The notes beneath the pieces are model-generated. The model was not told the origin of the DNA. It saw only the letters and a program-made list of their open reading frames with translations, and ran no database searches. A stretch of DNA of 64,000 bases, taken from contig OW569363.1 of the NCBI GenBank assembly GCA_937625935.1, positions 124,001-188,000 of the forward strand. Reading direction: 5' to 3'. The stretch's first letter is position 1; every line of letters begins with the position of its first letter. The translations under genes and the position numbers were made by a program. This stretch comes from Tetramitus jugosus. Its lineage: Eukaryota > Protista > Heterolobosea. Shown piece by piece: positions 12,246-22,853 of this stretch.

Positions 12246-13289
12246 CAGAACAAAGCATGTCTACCCTAACTCAAAGTACTCTCAGTAATTCTTACCTTAT
12301 TCCTCATGCTGCTCCTCTTGCTATTACCGCGCCAGTCAACGCCGCTCTCAATAATTCCTCTCACTCTTCCTTCAATGTTCCTCTTACTGCTGTCAATGCT
12401 CCTTTCAATTCTCCTTTGTTCGGGCAGGAAAATCAACCCCAACAAACTCCATCACTTCTTCAATATCCATTTATGATAGGGAAATCACTCTCCAACAACT
12501 CTAGCTCGCAGATCTTCCCACAAGTACCATATCCATTCCTGCCACAGTCATACATACATCATATTCACCACTGAATGCCAACATACATTTCACTGGAAGT
12601 GTATTGCAAGTTGGTTTCAAAATTCACAATACATCAATATCGGGTCTCGATTCTATCATGGCTACAACATCCCTTCTCTTGCTCTTAAGCCCCCTGATGT
12701 TGCACCATACGGCATTTAAAGTCGCGCTCATAGTTCGTTTGGTTCTATCTCCTGTGTGAGTTCAACTGTTGACATTACTTTGATCACCCTGACAGTACCT
12801 CCTGGTGAGTTCCTCTAATAATTTTCCTCTGCACTTCGTTAACTTCTACTTCTGAAGCTTCTCTCTTCCTTCCTCTAGTTTCATTTGTTCTCGTAGCATT
12901 ATCAGTCATTCTGGTCTAGTTTTTGCTCGGTCTCTCTCTATCTCCTCATTTTTCTCCTTCATTGACTGTCATGCTCAACGGGATAGGGTCTGTCTGTTTC
13001 TCCATTCTGGATCTTTCACCCATCAAATCGCTCACTCTAGTTCTCATCTTTGCCATCTCAGCTTTTGACTTCGGATGTCCTCACCACTCTTCGCAAACTG
13101 ATCTACCATCTTGTGCTAGAAATACATTTCTTTGCTCAGTAGGATCTTGGGTGCGGTTCACATTTTTTCTTGTCTTAGTATTGGTCATTGGTACTTTTCC
13201 CAACAACACTGCTGCATAAGTTGAGTCTTTCGTTGATATGGTACAACAGTTTTGTGCACTCAATCCACTTGATGAATTCCCACACTTTG

Positions 13290-13620
13290 TACTTCTACGA
13301 ACTTTACCATCATTTCGTCAATGGATATATGTCTAAATGGATTCCAATGTTTCTGATTATTAGTCACCAATCTGTCTTGGAGAAATTCTAGGAATTCATC
13401 ATCCATTGTGGTCGCATGGAACAGCTCTTGATGAATCTGCATGAAGTCGTCACGACTAAATCCAGTTGATCGAACGAAGTGGTTGGGGTCCGACATAGAC
13501 CAGTGGTGCATGATATTAGCGCTTTCTTATACCAATTTCAATGTGAATCGCAACGAATGCCTTGTTTTTTCATTCTGTTATATCTTCATCAAAAGGGAGC
13601 AGGAAAACGTCGAGCTCTGT
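13290..13620 (-). mobile_element. piggyBac-like transposase fragment (decayed)
   Basis: Minus-strand pieces KAFVAIHIEIGIRK / IMHHWS / FSRDDFMQI / W.P.RHISIDEMMVKF match the piggyBac AF+G+..MG...YWS, MSR.RF..I and P...SIDE.M..F motifs; stops and frameshifts are present. Confidence 0.75.
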
Positions 13621-15023
13621 CCTTACATCCACATAAAGAGTTGTTGAAAGGCTTCGATGGAAATTTGTAAATATCTTTGAGTTTAGTATATACAAGACCA
13701 TTTGATTCTAGAAAGCCAAAACGCTGCCGTCTCGAAAATTATTGTGGGTTTTATTCCGGTTGCCCTTGAAGTTGTGAATTTGTTGCCCCTTTATTCTATG
13801 CACTACAGTGAGACTTTCTGAGCTATTGTGTATATCTTTTCTCTACTGAGTCTCTCCAGACTTCATACGTTTGATGTAATACCTCTTCATTGCATTCACC
13901 AGTTATTTAACTTTTGTTTCCCTCTTCTTTGCCCCCTGCACAATCAGCTCCGTCATCAACATATCCTTCTGGTCATCCTCTTTGCCCATTAACCCTTCTA
14001 AGATTACTTCAGTGGAACGGCTTGGACTTTGTGCTACCAATCTACTGTCATCGAAAATCACATCATCGAGCCATATCTTTAAAGTTTTGGTATCTAAGGC
14101 CACCTTCAGAATCTTTGGATTGCCGACAGTAGGCGTAGAACTTCTCCTTCACGTCTGTCATTGCCGATGTCATCATTTATCCATCATCATTGGGCGTCAG
14201 AGAGGGGACTCCTCTCAAAGAGATGTTGGTCGATTGTTCATGCATTTCAGGACACCATCAATACCAATTTTCTATTCGGTCAGCACGCTCAAATTGCCTT
14301 ACCAACTGTACAAAAAGTGCGCAACCACTCACTCTACCACTGATTTTGGTTCTAACAATATGAGATCCTCCCGATTGACCACTTCTCTCTTTTTTCGCTT
14401 CAAAGGCTTCTGTGAATGGTCTAGTTCAGTTCTTCTATGCTTGTGAAGCTTTAAAATAAACAATCAGCAGCAGTAGTTTCAAATTTGATTCTATACGGAT
14501 GAGGCTTCCGTGGAATGAACATAAAATGTTGATTGAGTCTTCCTTTGTGTGGTACCATGATTGCCTGGATGAATCAAGACTGAGAGGATACTTGTAAAAA
14601 CGCGATTCGGAGAATAACCTCATTTCTAAACCGATGTGAAATCTTTGTTGTATTGTATGGTGAACAATTCGCAGATTAATTTCGTCAATTTCTAAGATCT
14701 TGAATATCTAGCATGTGATATGAAGGAGCTACTTGTTGACTTGTACTGAAAAGACACAAGGTAAAAATTCATGCCAATGTTTGAAGAAATGTTATGAACT
14801 AAAACAACATCCGATAAATTTTGGGGAAATGGTTGGTGAATGACGCAAAAGGGTAACTTAGGATTAGCACATACAATGAAGGTGTCATCATATATAAATA
14901 AAGTCTCATCTGTTGTATCTTTCATCTCTGAGACATACTTTGGTAACTCACGTTTCTCCTTCGACAATCTCTTCGATGAAATAATCTGGATTTCTAATTG
15001 ACCATTTTTTTCTCCATCAACAA

Positions 15024-17000
15024 ATGCCACAAAAAACCTCAGCATCAGTGATCAGCAACGACAACAACTCTCCAACAACAACAACCACCACCTCCACTAC
15101 CACTACCACTATCACAACATCCACAGATGCCATCATTGAAAATCATTTTCAACAAGAACGAAACACCATTTTCCAACAATACAAGAGCTTGGACACTGAA
15201 CACAAGGGATATGTGACGATGGATGACCTGAGATTTGCATTGGCAAGAATGGGATTGGACTCGTGGAATCATCCACAATTGAAACCCATGATTGAACAAT
15301 TGATGACCGATCTCACGGAACGAAAAAACAAAAAACAACAACAACATGAAAAACAACATCAACAACAGCAATCATCAACAAAAACAACAACAAAAACAAC
15401 GAGTAGTGCGAGTACGAACAGTAATTCTTCCATCCATATGATACATCATGATGAGGATAGTAAATATGAAATTGAAAATCTCGACGAGAATCACTTGTTG
15501 TTGTCAAACAAAGTGGGCAGTGAAATGAACAAGAACAACAACAACAACCATAGTGACGACCAACATTATCATTCTTCTTATTCGACGTACTATCATCAAT
15601 ATGCTAGCATGGCTTCCAATGGACGAATTTCATCATCTTCGCGATCACCACCGCCACCTCCGCTGCTGTGCCTTGAATTTGAAGACTTTTTCAATTTGGT
15701 CGGAACAAAAAACAAGGAGGGACTAGGCAATGTGATACAGAGGGCATTTACTGGTCAATTGGCCGTTCCTGATTGGAGACAATTCTGTCATGAGATTTCA
15801 GAGATTTTTGAGTCTGTACGATCGAATCACTCGGGAAAAGTGGCAGATTATATTCCACAGTTGGCTGAAGTGGATCCTTCGCTGTTTGGACTATCGATTT
15901 GCACTGTGGACGGTCAGAGGTTCTCCATTGGTGACAGTGATCATGAATTTACGATTCAGAGTTGTTCAAAGGTGTTCACCTATTGTTTGGCGTGCAATGA
16001 TCACGGTGTGGACAATGTGCATCAGCATGTCGGGTTTGAGCCCAGTGGTGTTTCATTCAACGCGTTTACACTGGATCATAACAATAAGCCACACAATCCA
16101 ATGATCAATGCAGGTGCAATTGCTGTGTGTTCATTGATTAAGCCAGAATTGTCAGCTTCCAAGAGATTTACTTACATGTCGGAGCGAATGTCTGATTTTG
16201 CCGGTGGAGCAAAGATTGGTTTCGATAATGCCACGTTCTTGTCTGAGAAGGACACTGCCGACAGGAACTATGCTCTAGGTTATTATATGCAAGAGAATGA
16301 AGTGTTTCCAAAGTCTAAAAACTCCTTGGACGATACTCTGGACCTCTATTTTCAATTGTGCTCCATTTTGGTAACAACAGAAAAGTTGGCATCCATGGGT
16401 GCAACATTGGCCAATGGTGGCACATCTCCACTCACGAACAAGAATGTCGTTTCACCGGATAACGTGAAATGTGCACTCCAACTCATGCTCAGTTGTGGAA
16501 TGTATGACTTCTCAGGTGAATGGTCCGTCAGTGTTGGTCTACCAGCCAAGAGCGGTGTCGCAGGTGCATGCTGTGTTGTGATTCCAAGTGTGATGAGCGT
16601 TTGTATCTTCTCACCTCGGCTGGATCGCAAGGGCAATTCTGTCCGGGCAGTAGATTTCTGCACCAAGGCCAGCACTAGATTCAAGTGGTCCATCTTTGAT
16701 CAACTGTTCCTGAGTGCGTACGATGAAGAGTACACAAGCTCAGAGGATGAAGAAGAATTAACCTTCAGTAAGTCTCCTCAATGGTCAAACATGTTCTCCC
16801 ATAGAAAACAACAAGAGGATCACAATGGCGGTGAAGGATATGTTGAATCGCCAGATATACACACACCAAATCAACAAGAACCACCAGACAGCACACCATA
16901 CACGATCAATACTCCTCATGCTGGTTCAGTCAAAAGAAGAAGAAGCTCGTCCAATCGAACCCCAGATGATAACAAGAAACAAAAACCAACTACTCACTAA
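15024..17000 (+). CDS. GLS: Glutaminase with N-terminal EF-hand region
   Basis: GKVADYIPQLA, catalytic QSCSK, NPMINAGAI, SCGMYDFSG, GLPAKSGV; EF-hand-like DTEHKGYVTMDDL. Confidence 0.95.
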   Translation: MPQKTSASVISNDNNSPTTTTTTSTTTTTITTSTDAIIENHFQQERNTIFQQYKSLDTEHKGYVTMDDLRFALARMGLDSWNHPQLKPMIEQLMTDLTERKNKKQQQHEKQHQQQQSSTKTTTKTTSSASTNSNSSIHMIHHDEDSKYEIENLDENHLLLSNKVGSEMNKNNNNNHSDDQHYHSSYSTYYHQYASMASNGRISSSSRSPPPPPLLCLEFEDFFNLVGTKNKEGLGNVIQRAFTGQLAVPDWRQFCHEISEIFESVRSNHSGKVADYIPQLAEVDPSLFGLSICTVDGQRFSIGDSDHEFTIQSCSKVFTYCLACNDHGVDNVHQHVGFEPSGVSFNAFTLDHNNKPHNPMINAGAIAVCSLIKPELSASKRFTYMSERMSDFAGGAKIGFDNATFLSEKDTADRNYALGYYMQENEVFPKSKNSLDDTLDLYFQLCSILVTTEKLASMGATLANGGTSPLTNKNVVSPDNVKCALQLMLSCGMYDFSGEWSVSVGLPAKSGVAGACCVVIPSVMSVCIFSPRLDRKGNSVRAVDFCTKASTRFKWSIFDQLFLSAYDEEYTSSEDEEELTFSKSPQWSNMFSHRKQQEDHNGGEGYVESPDIHTPNQQEPPDSTPYTINTPHAGSVKRRRSSSNRTPDDNKKQKPTTH

Positions 17001-17930
17001 CATTGTGATAAATATGATATTTATTGTAAGGGAGAACCTGTTTGCCATTGTATTGCGAGTGTGTTTTTCCGCCCATTGTTCCGCTACTGCTGGATGAACA
17101 AAAACACAAAAAGCTTCAACAAAATCATCAGAAGATTGCAACAACAAGTGAGATCACAACATGTCATCAAGCAGTATCCTATCTAATCTTCCTTCATTCA
17201 ACAAACAAAGTTTCTCACGTGCCAACTCTCGGTCAAGCGTAAGTAGCCTTACATCATTTAAGTTATTCTCTTGTCTTGTAACAAAAAACAACAACGAACA
17301 CACTCACATCATTGAAATGTCTTCCAACAATGATAGCAACGACCACCAACTACCTATTTTTGTACAGCCGAAACAAGTAAACCACAATGTATCATCACAC
17401 TGGAGAAAACGTCCATTTTGCATCGTCATTTTGAAAAATTAGAGAGACAACAACAACAATTATTGCAACAGCAGCAGCAGCAACAGCAAGTGGCATACAC
17501 CACTACACATTATCAACAACAACAAGTGTCTATTGACAACAATAGTACCATTATTACACCTTCACCATTATCATCATCCGTTCCTCTCAGTAATGTCCTA
17601 TTACCTAGCTCCAACAATAGTCATCACAGTTTGGATGTGAATGCAACGAGCTCAAAGCGACCAACGGTGGAAAGTTTGGTGGAAGAACGGCCCAACAAGA
17701 CACAAAAATTAACATTGAATTCGGATGTATCATCGAGCACTGCACCTCATCTTCAACAACAACAATATCCAAATGATGAATAAAGTGTTGGTTGTATTTT
17801 CCGCGCCAAAGTGCGGAGAAATTTCTTTGTTTCAAAAATACACTTTCAAACAAAATCAACAAGAGACAAGAGAAAAACAATTTCTGAGACAACAACAACA
17901 GCAGCAGCGAAGAACCCAGAACAAACACAT

Positions 17931-20061
17931 ATGATGATCCATTCTCAGATCAGACGACACTGTCTGTTCTCCTCCATTCTACTCGTTTTGTTTTTGTCCC
18001 TATTGCTCAACCATCCACATCATCACTCTTCATCATCATTCATGGTTCACTGTTCTCCGACAACAACATCAACAATAACAAATTATGTGCCTATTAGCAA
18101 CCAAAACAAAATTCTCACATTGACCAAACATCAATCTCACTATGAGAGCTACGTTGCCATTCCCATTAGCGAAAAAAAAACGAAACAAATGTTTTTGAAC
18201 ACGACGTTTATTGCGTACACTGTTCCCGTAGAGATTGTGACTGCTACAACGACGAGTAGCGATAATGTCAATGGATCATCAACAGTGACTACTCATATTG
18301 CTCAATTCATGTTGGACACAACAACCTCTTATAGCTATGCTTACTGTTGTGATTCACCAGTGTTGACCTCAAGAGACAACTCTTCGCAACTCTTTTGTGT
18401 GAAAACAACTGTGGATGCATGTCGTAAAGGTATGTTATTTGTTGTCATTGAAATTGTCATTGTCATTGCATCTTTTTTGTGATTTGTTCATCTGATGAAT
18501 ATTCACGAATGTATGTTTTCTTTTGTTTATAGTTGAGTGCGCGGACAAGAATTGTTATGATCATTTTCGATCGACACATTATCCTCCCATTGTCAATTCA
18601 TTGCAACCGGTGCAACCACCAAAGAAGAAACAAGAGGATATATTGTACGAGTCTGTGCCTTACACGTTGGAAGAATATAGACTGATTCACGAGGATTTCA
18701 CTCCGGAGCAAATTGGATTGCACAATGATGATCAACGACAACAGGATCAACAACAAGAAAAGGACAATTCAGCAGTCTTGTTGAATACAGTGTATGCTGA
18801 TTCACCACTGTTGAATTACACGGAAGGTGTTCTCGGAATGGCTTTCTCTGCTTTTGATTGTAAGTTGTTGTCGTTGTTGTTTTTTGCATGTTGGTTTTTT
18901 TCATTTTACATTTCATTTTCGAGCGTAGAATGACTGACAGTGATCATTTCAAATGAAACATCAGTTTCGATTCAACAGTATCTAACGAGCTTCAAGGATG
19001 AGATTGGAAGCGTAATCGTTGGCCTTGATTTGTACAGTGAGGAACAACGAGTCATTCTAAAGGAAGAAATGAATGTGAATGGTGGTGATAATGATACGCC
19101 GATATTGTTGGGTGATGGAAAAATGATTTTGGGCAATGCATTGGTCGACTACATGAAGAATCATTCTACGATATTGGACAAGAATGGAATAGTGTGGTCA
19201 GAGAGACAATACGCTGTCAATTCAATCATTGAAACAAAGTACAATAATCCAAAGAATCGTTATTCGCAACCTCCCATTCAGCACCAATTTCCAATTTATG
19301 GTCTATCGATTTGTCTCAATGCAATTGATCTATTTTCCAATTATACTGGCAACTGGCATGCAAAGATTGCGAGTAACATGGTGGGACTCGGTCTCCCAAC
19401 ACCCTACTATCGCATGATGATGCAATGGATGAGAGATGGAAACAATTCAAAGCCATTCAATCAATGGACAATGGATGAGAAGTTGCAACTACCTGATCTC
19501 ACATTTACGTTGCACCAGTATGATAGCAGAGTGTTACGCATTCCTTTGTACACATTGTTTGAGGATGATCAGCTACACTTGTATGATCTGGGCGATATTT
19601 GGCTATTGGAGGGTATTGGCGTGTTGAGCACAGAGCCTGTGATTCACTTTGGCGTCAAGGTCATTCAACAATTGTTTACAGTCATCGATTATACAAACTA
19701 TCGAGTTGGATTCGTTCAGAAGAAACTCAAGTCAACCAAGGAGCAAGTGCGGGTCGATAGACTCCAAGAGGCATATTGTGAAGCAACATCAAAGATTCCA
19801 ACATGCAAAGGTGATCAAAAGTTCTATGGACCGTCAAATACCTGTCTACAACCAAATTGTGATCTATACTTCTTCCAAGCTGTGAACACAAAGACTGGCA
19901 CGTGTAAGCTGCGGCCATCATTCTATGTATTATTCATTTTTGTGATTGGAATATGCCTCGTATCAGAAGTTGTCCTCTATGAGGTTTACAGCCGTGTGAT
20001 ACGGGAGTTGTACGGTCGAGCTGCATCAAACAATGCTGCTCTTGCTGGCACTGTAAATTAA
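17931..20061 (+). CDS. Pepsin-fold (aspartic-protease-like) type I membrane protein, three exons, probably inactive
   Basis: Signal-like N-terminus; FMLDTTT, GVLGMA and FG...LFTVIDYTNYRVGF are pepsin landmarks; C-terminal TM helix. Frame-preserving introns at 18430-18532 (GTATGT..AG) and 18860-18964 (GTAAGT..CAG). Confidence 0.7.
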
Positions 20062-20288
20062 GATGGCGGATGCGTCATGTCAACATAAATTAAATTTCCA
20101 CAACGTGCTTGCCACAACTTCCAGCAACAAGCCAGGTCGTAATTTCCTTCACCCATGCATCCGCCATTTTTACCCCGATCAGAACTCTGTTTCATGTTCA
20201 CCTTGCGCTGGACCAACTCAAAACAAGGAGCCTCTTGCAGCTGAAAGCAACAACAGAAAAAACAAGAACACAAAACACGAACAACAAA

Positions 20289-20999
20289 ATGACGACGATA
20301 CAAACTGAAAATCTGACCAAATCCCTCATTGAAAAAGCCCTGAGAGAAGTACTCACTGATCGCTTGAAAGATGGTGAAGCAGACAACGAAGACGCCGAAG
20401 CTGAAAACATTGCATTCATAGAGGACACGATCGAAGAATTGGCACGCGAAATTTATCAAAATATTGTCACAGGTCGATCCAGTATGCTCACATCGGTTCA
20501 ATCTCTGGTCAATGCACTCGGTGAACAATTGACAGACAATGGTTGCTGTCGAGAGGATGATGAACAAGATGTTCAATTTGTTTGTCAATTGATTTTTGAA
20601 GAGTTGACCCATTTAAGTGAAAACAATGACGAAGATGATGATGAAGATGGATACAACTCGGATCGCGACTATGGCGAAGGTGAATGTGTACTGTGTGAGC
20701 GTGATATGCCATTGACTTTCCATCACTTAATTCCGCGGACAACGCACAAGAAGATGCTCAAGAGAACTCAGCTGACCAAGAAAGAATTAAACCAAGGTAT
20801 AATGGTTTGTAGACCATGTCACAGTGCAATTCACAGATTTATTGATGAAGAAACAATGGCTCTGCAGTACAATACACTGGAGCGCTTGCTGGAGCATGAG
20901 CGTGTCCAATCATGGATACCATATGCAGCACGACTGAAGCCAGTGCCCAAGGAGAATGCAGAACTGTATCATCAAGGAAAGTTGCGATACAGACGGTGA
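20289..20999 (+). CDS. HNH-like zinc-binding protein (YisB-like)
   Basis: CVLCER..LTFHHLIPR...VCRPCHSAIH pattern. Confidence 0.75.
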   Translation: MTTIQTENLTKSLIEKALREVLTDRLKDGEADNEDAEAENIAFIEDTIEELAREIYQNIVTGRSSMLTSVQSLVNALGEQLTDNGCCREDDEQDVQFVCQLIFEELTHLSENNDEDDDEDGYNSDRDYGEGECVLCERDMPLTFHHLIPRTTHKKMLKRTQLTKKELNQGIMVCRPCHSAIHRFIDEETMALQYNTLERLLEHERVQSWIPYAARLKPVPKENAELYHQGKLRYRR

Positions 21000-21307
21000 G
21001 ACAATAAACAAAAACTAATCTGTACAAACCTGTAAAAATTCAAACCCGCAATTTGAGCAGGTCGGACATTTCTTCTAAATGTATTCGGCACCGGGCCAAA
21101 ATCAACCAAACCTGAAATCCAACTCGGCCACGCTCGCAATGAATTACATTACCTGAGGAACATAATTCAACACATACATAACACCAGCAACCAAAACACC
21201 CAATGAACCGAGTGATGTCACTTGTTAGACAACTTGATATTTTTGTGTACAAAAACAAGCAAGTTAAAAGAACTTAAAAAATTAAAATTGTTTTTGTTGT
21301 TATGTGT

Positions 21308-22402
21308 TCACGAGGTTGACAACTCCACCACCAACCGCTCATACTCTCTCACCTTTCTCTGAAACTTGTTATAGGTCTTTTCGAGCATGCACACATGATT
21401 CTGAGTCAGTGAATTGGCTGCTCTCTTTGGTGAATGACCAGTGATTGCCTCTACATCGAAAAACAGTGCTTTAAACTCACAAAACAAGTCAGTGTCATCC
21501 ACAACAAGTATGCGCCTCAAATTGCCAAACACACGAGCACATGAACAGATGCGGTCAATGTGATTGTTGACTTGAAGGTCACCCAAAGCTCTTTGCCGCG
21601 AGAATGGCTCTCTTTTCTTGATGGATGACACCACTGGTGATGATGAGTGCTGATCTGAGCGCTCACTTTCATCTTGGTTGCTGCTTGTACGAGTTGAACC
21701 AATCACTGGCGCAGTTGATGAGTCATTGCTTGCCTCCATTGACTTTTGTCGATGATGGCGATTGTTATTTACACTGCGATTATGAAAAGTATTCGTGTTA
21801 GTTGTTGTTGTTGTGGTAATGGTTGGAATATTGAGCCGACAGTATTGTTCCACACAGAACTGATAATGCTCAATGACATTGAGAATGGAATTTTCAATGT
21901 GTATCAGTGCTGTCAATTGATGACAAAACAGCTGATAGTCCATTGGTTGATGGCTGTGATGTTGTTGTTGTCGATGATGATGATGATGATGATTGAAACA
22001 GGTATCATCGTCATCATCCATGTCCATGGTGAACTCTACAGAAGCTCCACCTGACAATAGCATAGCACATTGGTCATCATTGGACAATAGACCATCCCAG
22101 AGTGCATAAGCTTCATTGATACCACTATCAATGTCTAACCAAGCTTGTTGAAGCTGATTGAGCAGTTGCTCCACGAGCAAGAGCTTTTTTGTGTCCAGAA
22201 GTGGCTTGTTCTGTTGCTCAACCGTGTCTGAGCCGTAGACTGCTGGTGCCGCGGGAGAATTAGAGACCCGCTGCGGTGATGCATCGCGTTGCTGACGAAC
22301 ATTTTTGTTCGGGTGGTTCTTGTGATTGTTGATGGTGATGAATGAAGTAGCTTTCCGGTTCTTGCTATTGCTACTGCTGTGGTGGTGACACGAGATGAGC
22401 AT
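21308..22402 (-). CDS. Hypothetical low-complexity protein
   Basis: 364-aa ORF with His/Gln/Thr tracts and helical segments; no family recognised. Confidence 0.6.
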   Translation of the reverse strand: MLISCHHHSSSNSKNRKATSFITINNHKNHPNKNVRQQRDASPQRVSNSPAAPAVYGSDTVEQQNKPLLDTKKLLLVEQLLNQLQQAWLDIDSGINEAYALWDGLLSNDDQCAMLLSGGASVEFTMDMDDDDDTCFNHHHHHHRQQQHHSHQPMDYQLFCHQLTALIHIENSILNVIEHYQFCVEQYCRLNIPTITTTTTTNTNTFHNRSVNNNRHHRQKSMEASNDSSTAPVIGSTRTSSNQDESERSDQHSSSPVVSSIKKREPFSRQRALGDLQVNNHIDRICSCARVFGNLRRILVVDDTDLFCEFKALFFDVEAITGHSPKRAANSLTQNHVCMLEKTYNKFQRKVREYERLVVELSTS

Positions 22403-22853
22403 TTTGTGTGTTGTGAATGAGAAGAGCTCTCAGAGTGGATGCGAAAGCTTTTGGGCTCAAGAGTGAGAAAAGCTCAAAACTTGTGCAAAACAAAATAGAA
22501 GGAGACTGTGTGATATATACGAGTGATGTGTAAGACAAGTTTGCTTAACAACACAAAGACGAAACAGAGAGCAAAGAATATGATAATGACCAATGCTGTT
22601 GCTGTTCGCTTATGTATATATGCACGAAGCCTACCCTTTTTGGTTTTGTTTCGGCTTTGTGGAAGCAAAACGTCCAGTGCGCTTTGGGACAGAAAGTCGC
22701 TCAGTGAGCAATTTGGGTCTCATGATAACCCGCCTATTTCTGAGTCTTCTTCTTGAGTGAAGTTTCAAAATTGTAAACATCATATTATTTTTGGCAGGCG
22801 AAGGGACCAAAAAATGCCCAATTAGGCGTCTTTACAGATAACTGGTTGCCATC

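Noticed and set aside
17317-17783. Gln-rich small gene split across two frames
   Set aside because: No recognisable domain, and the join needs a frameshift that I cannot verify.
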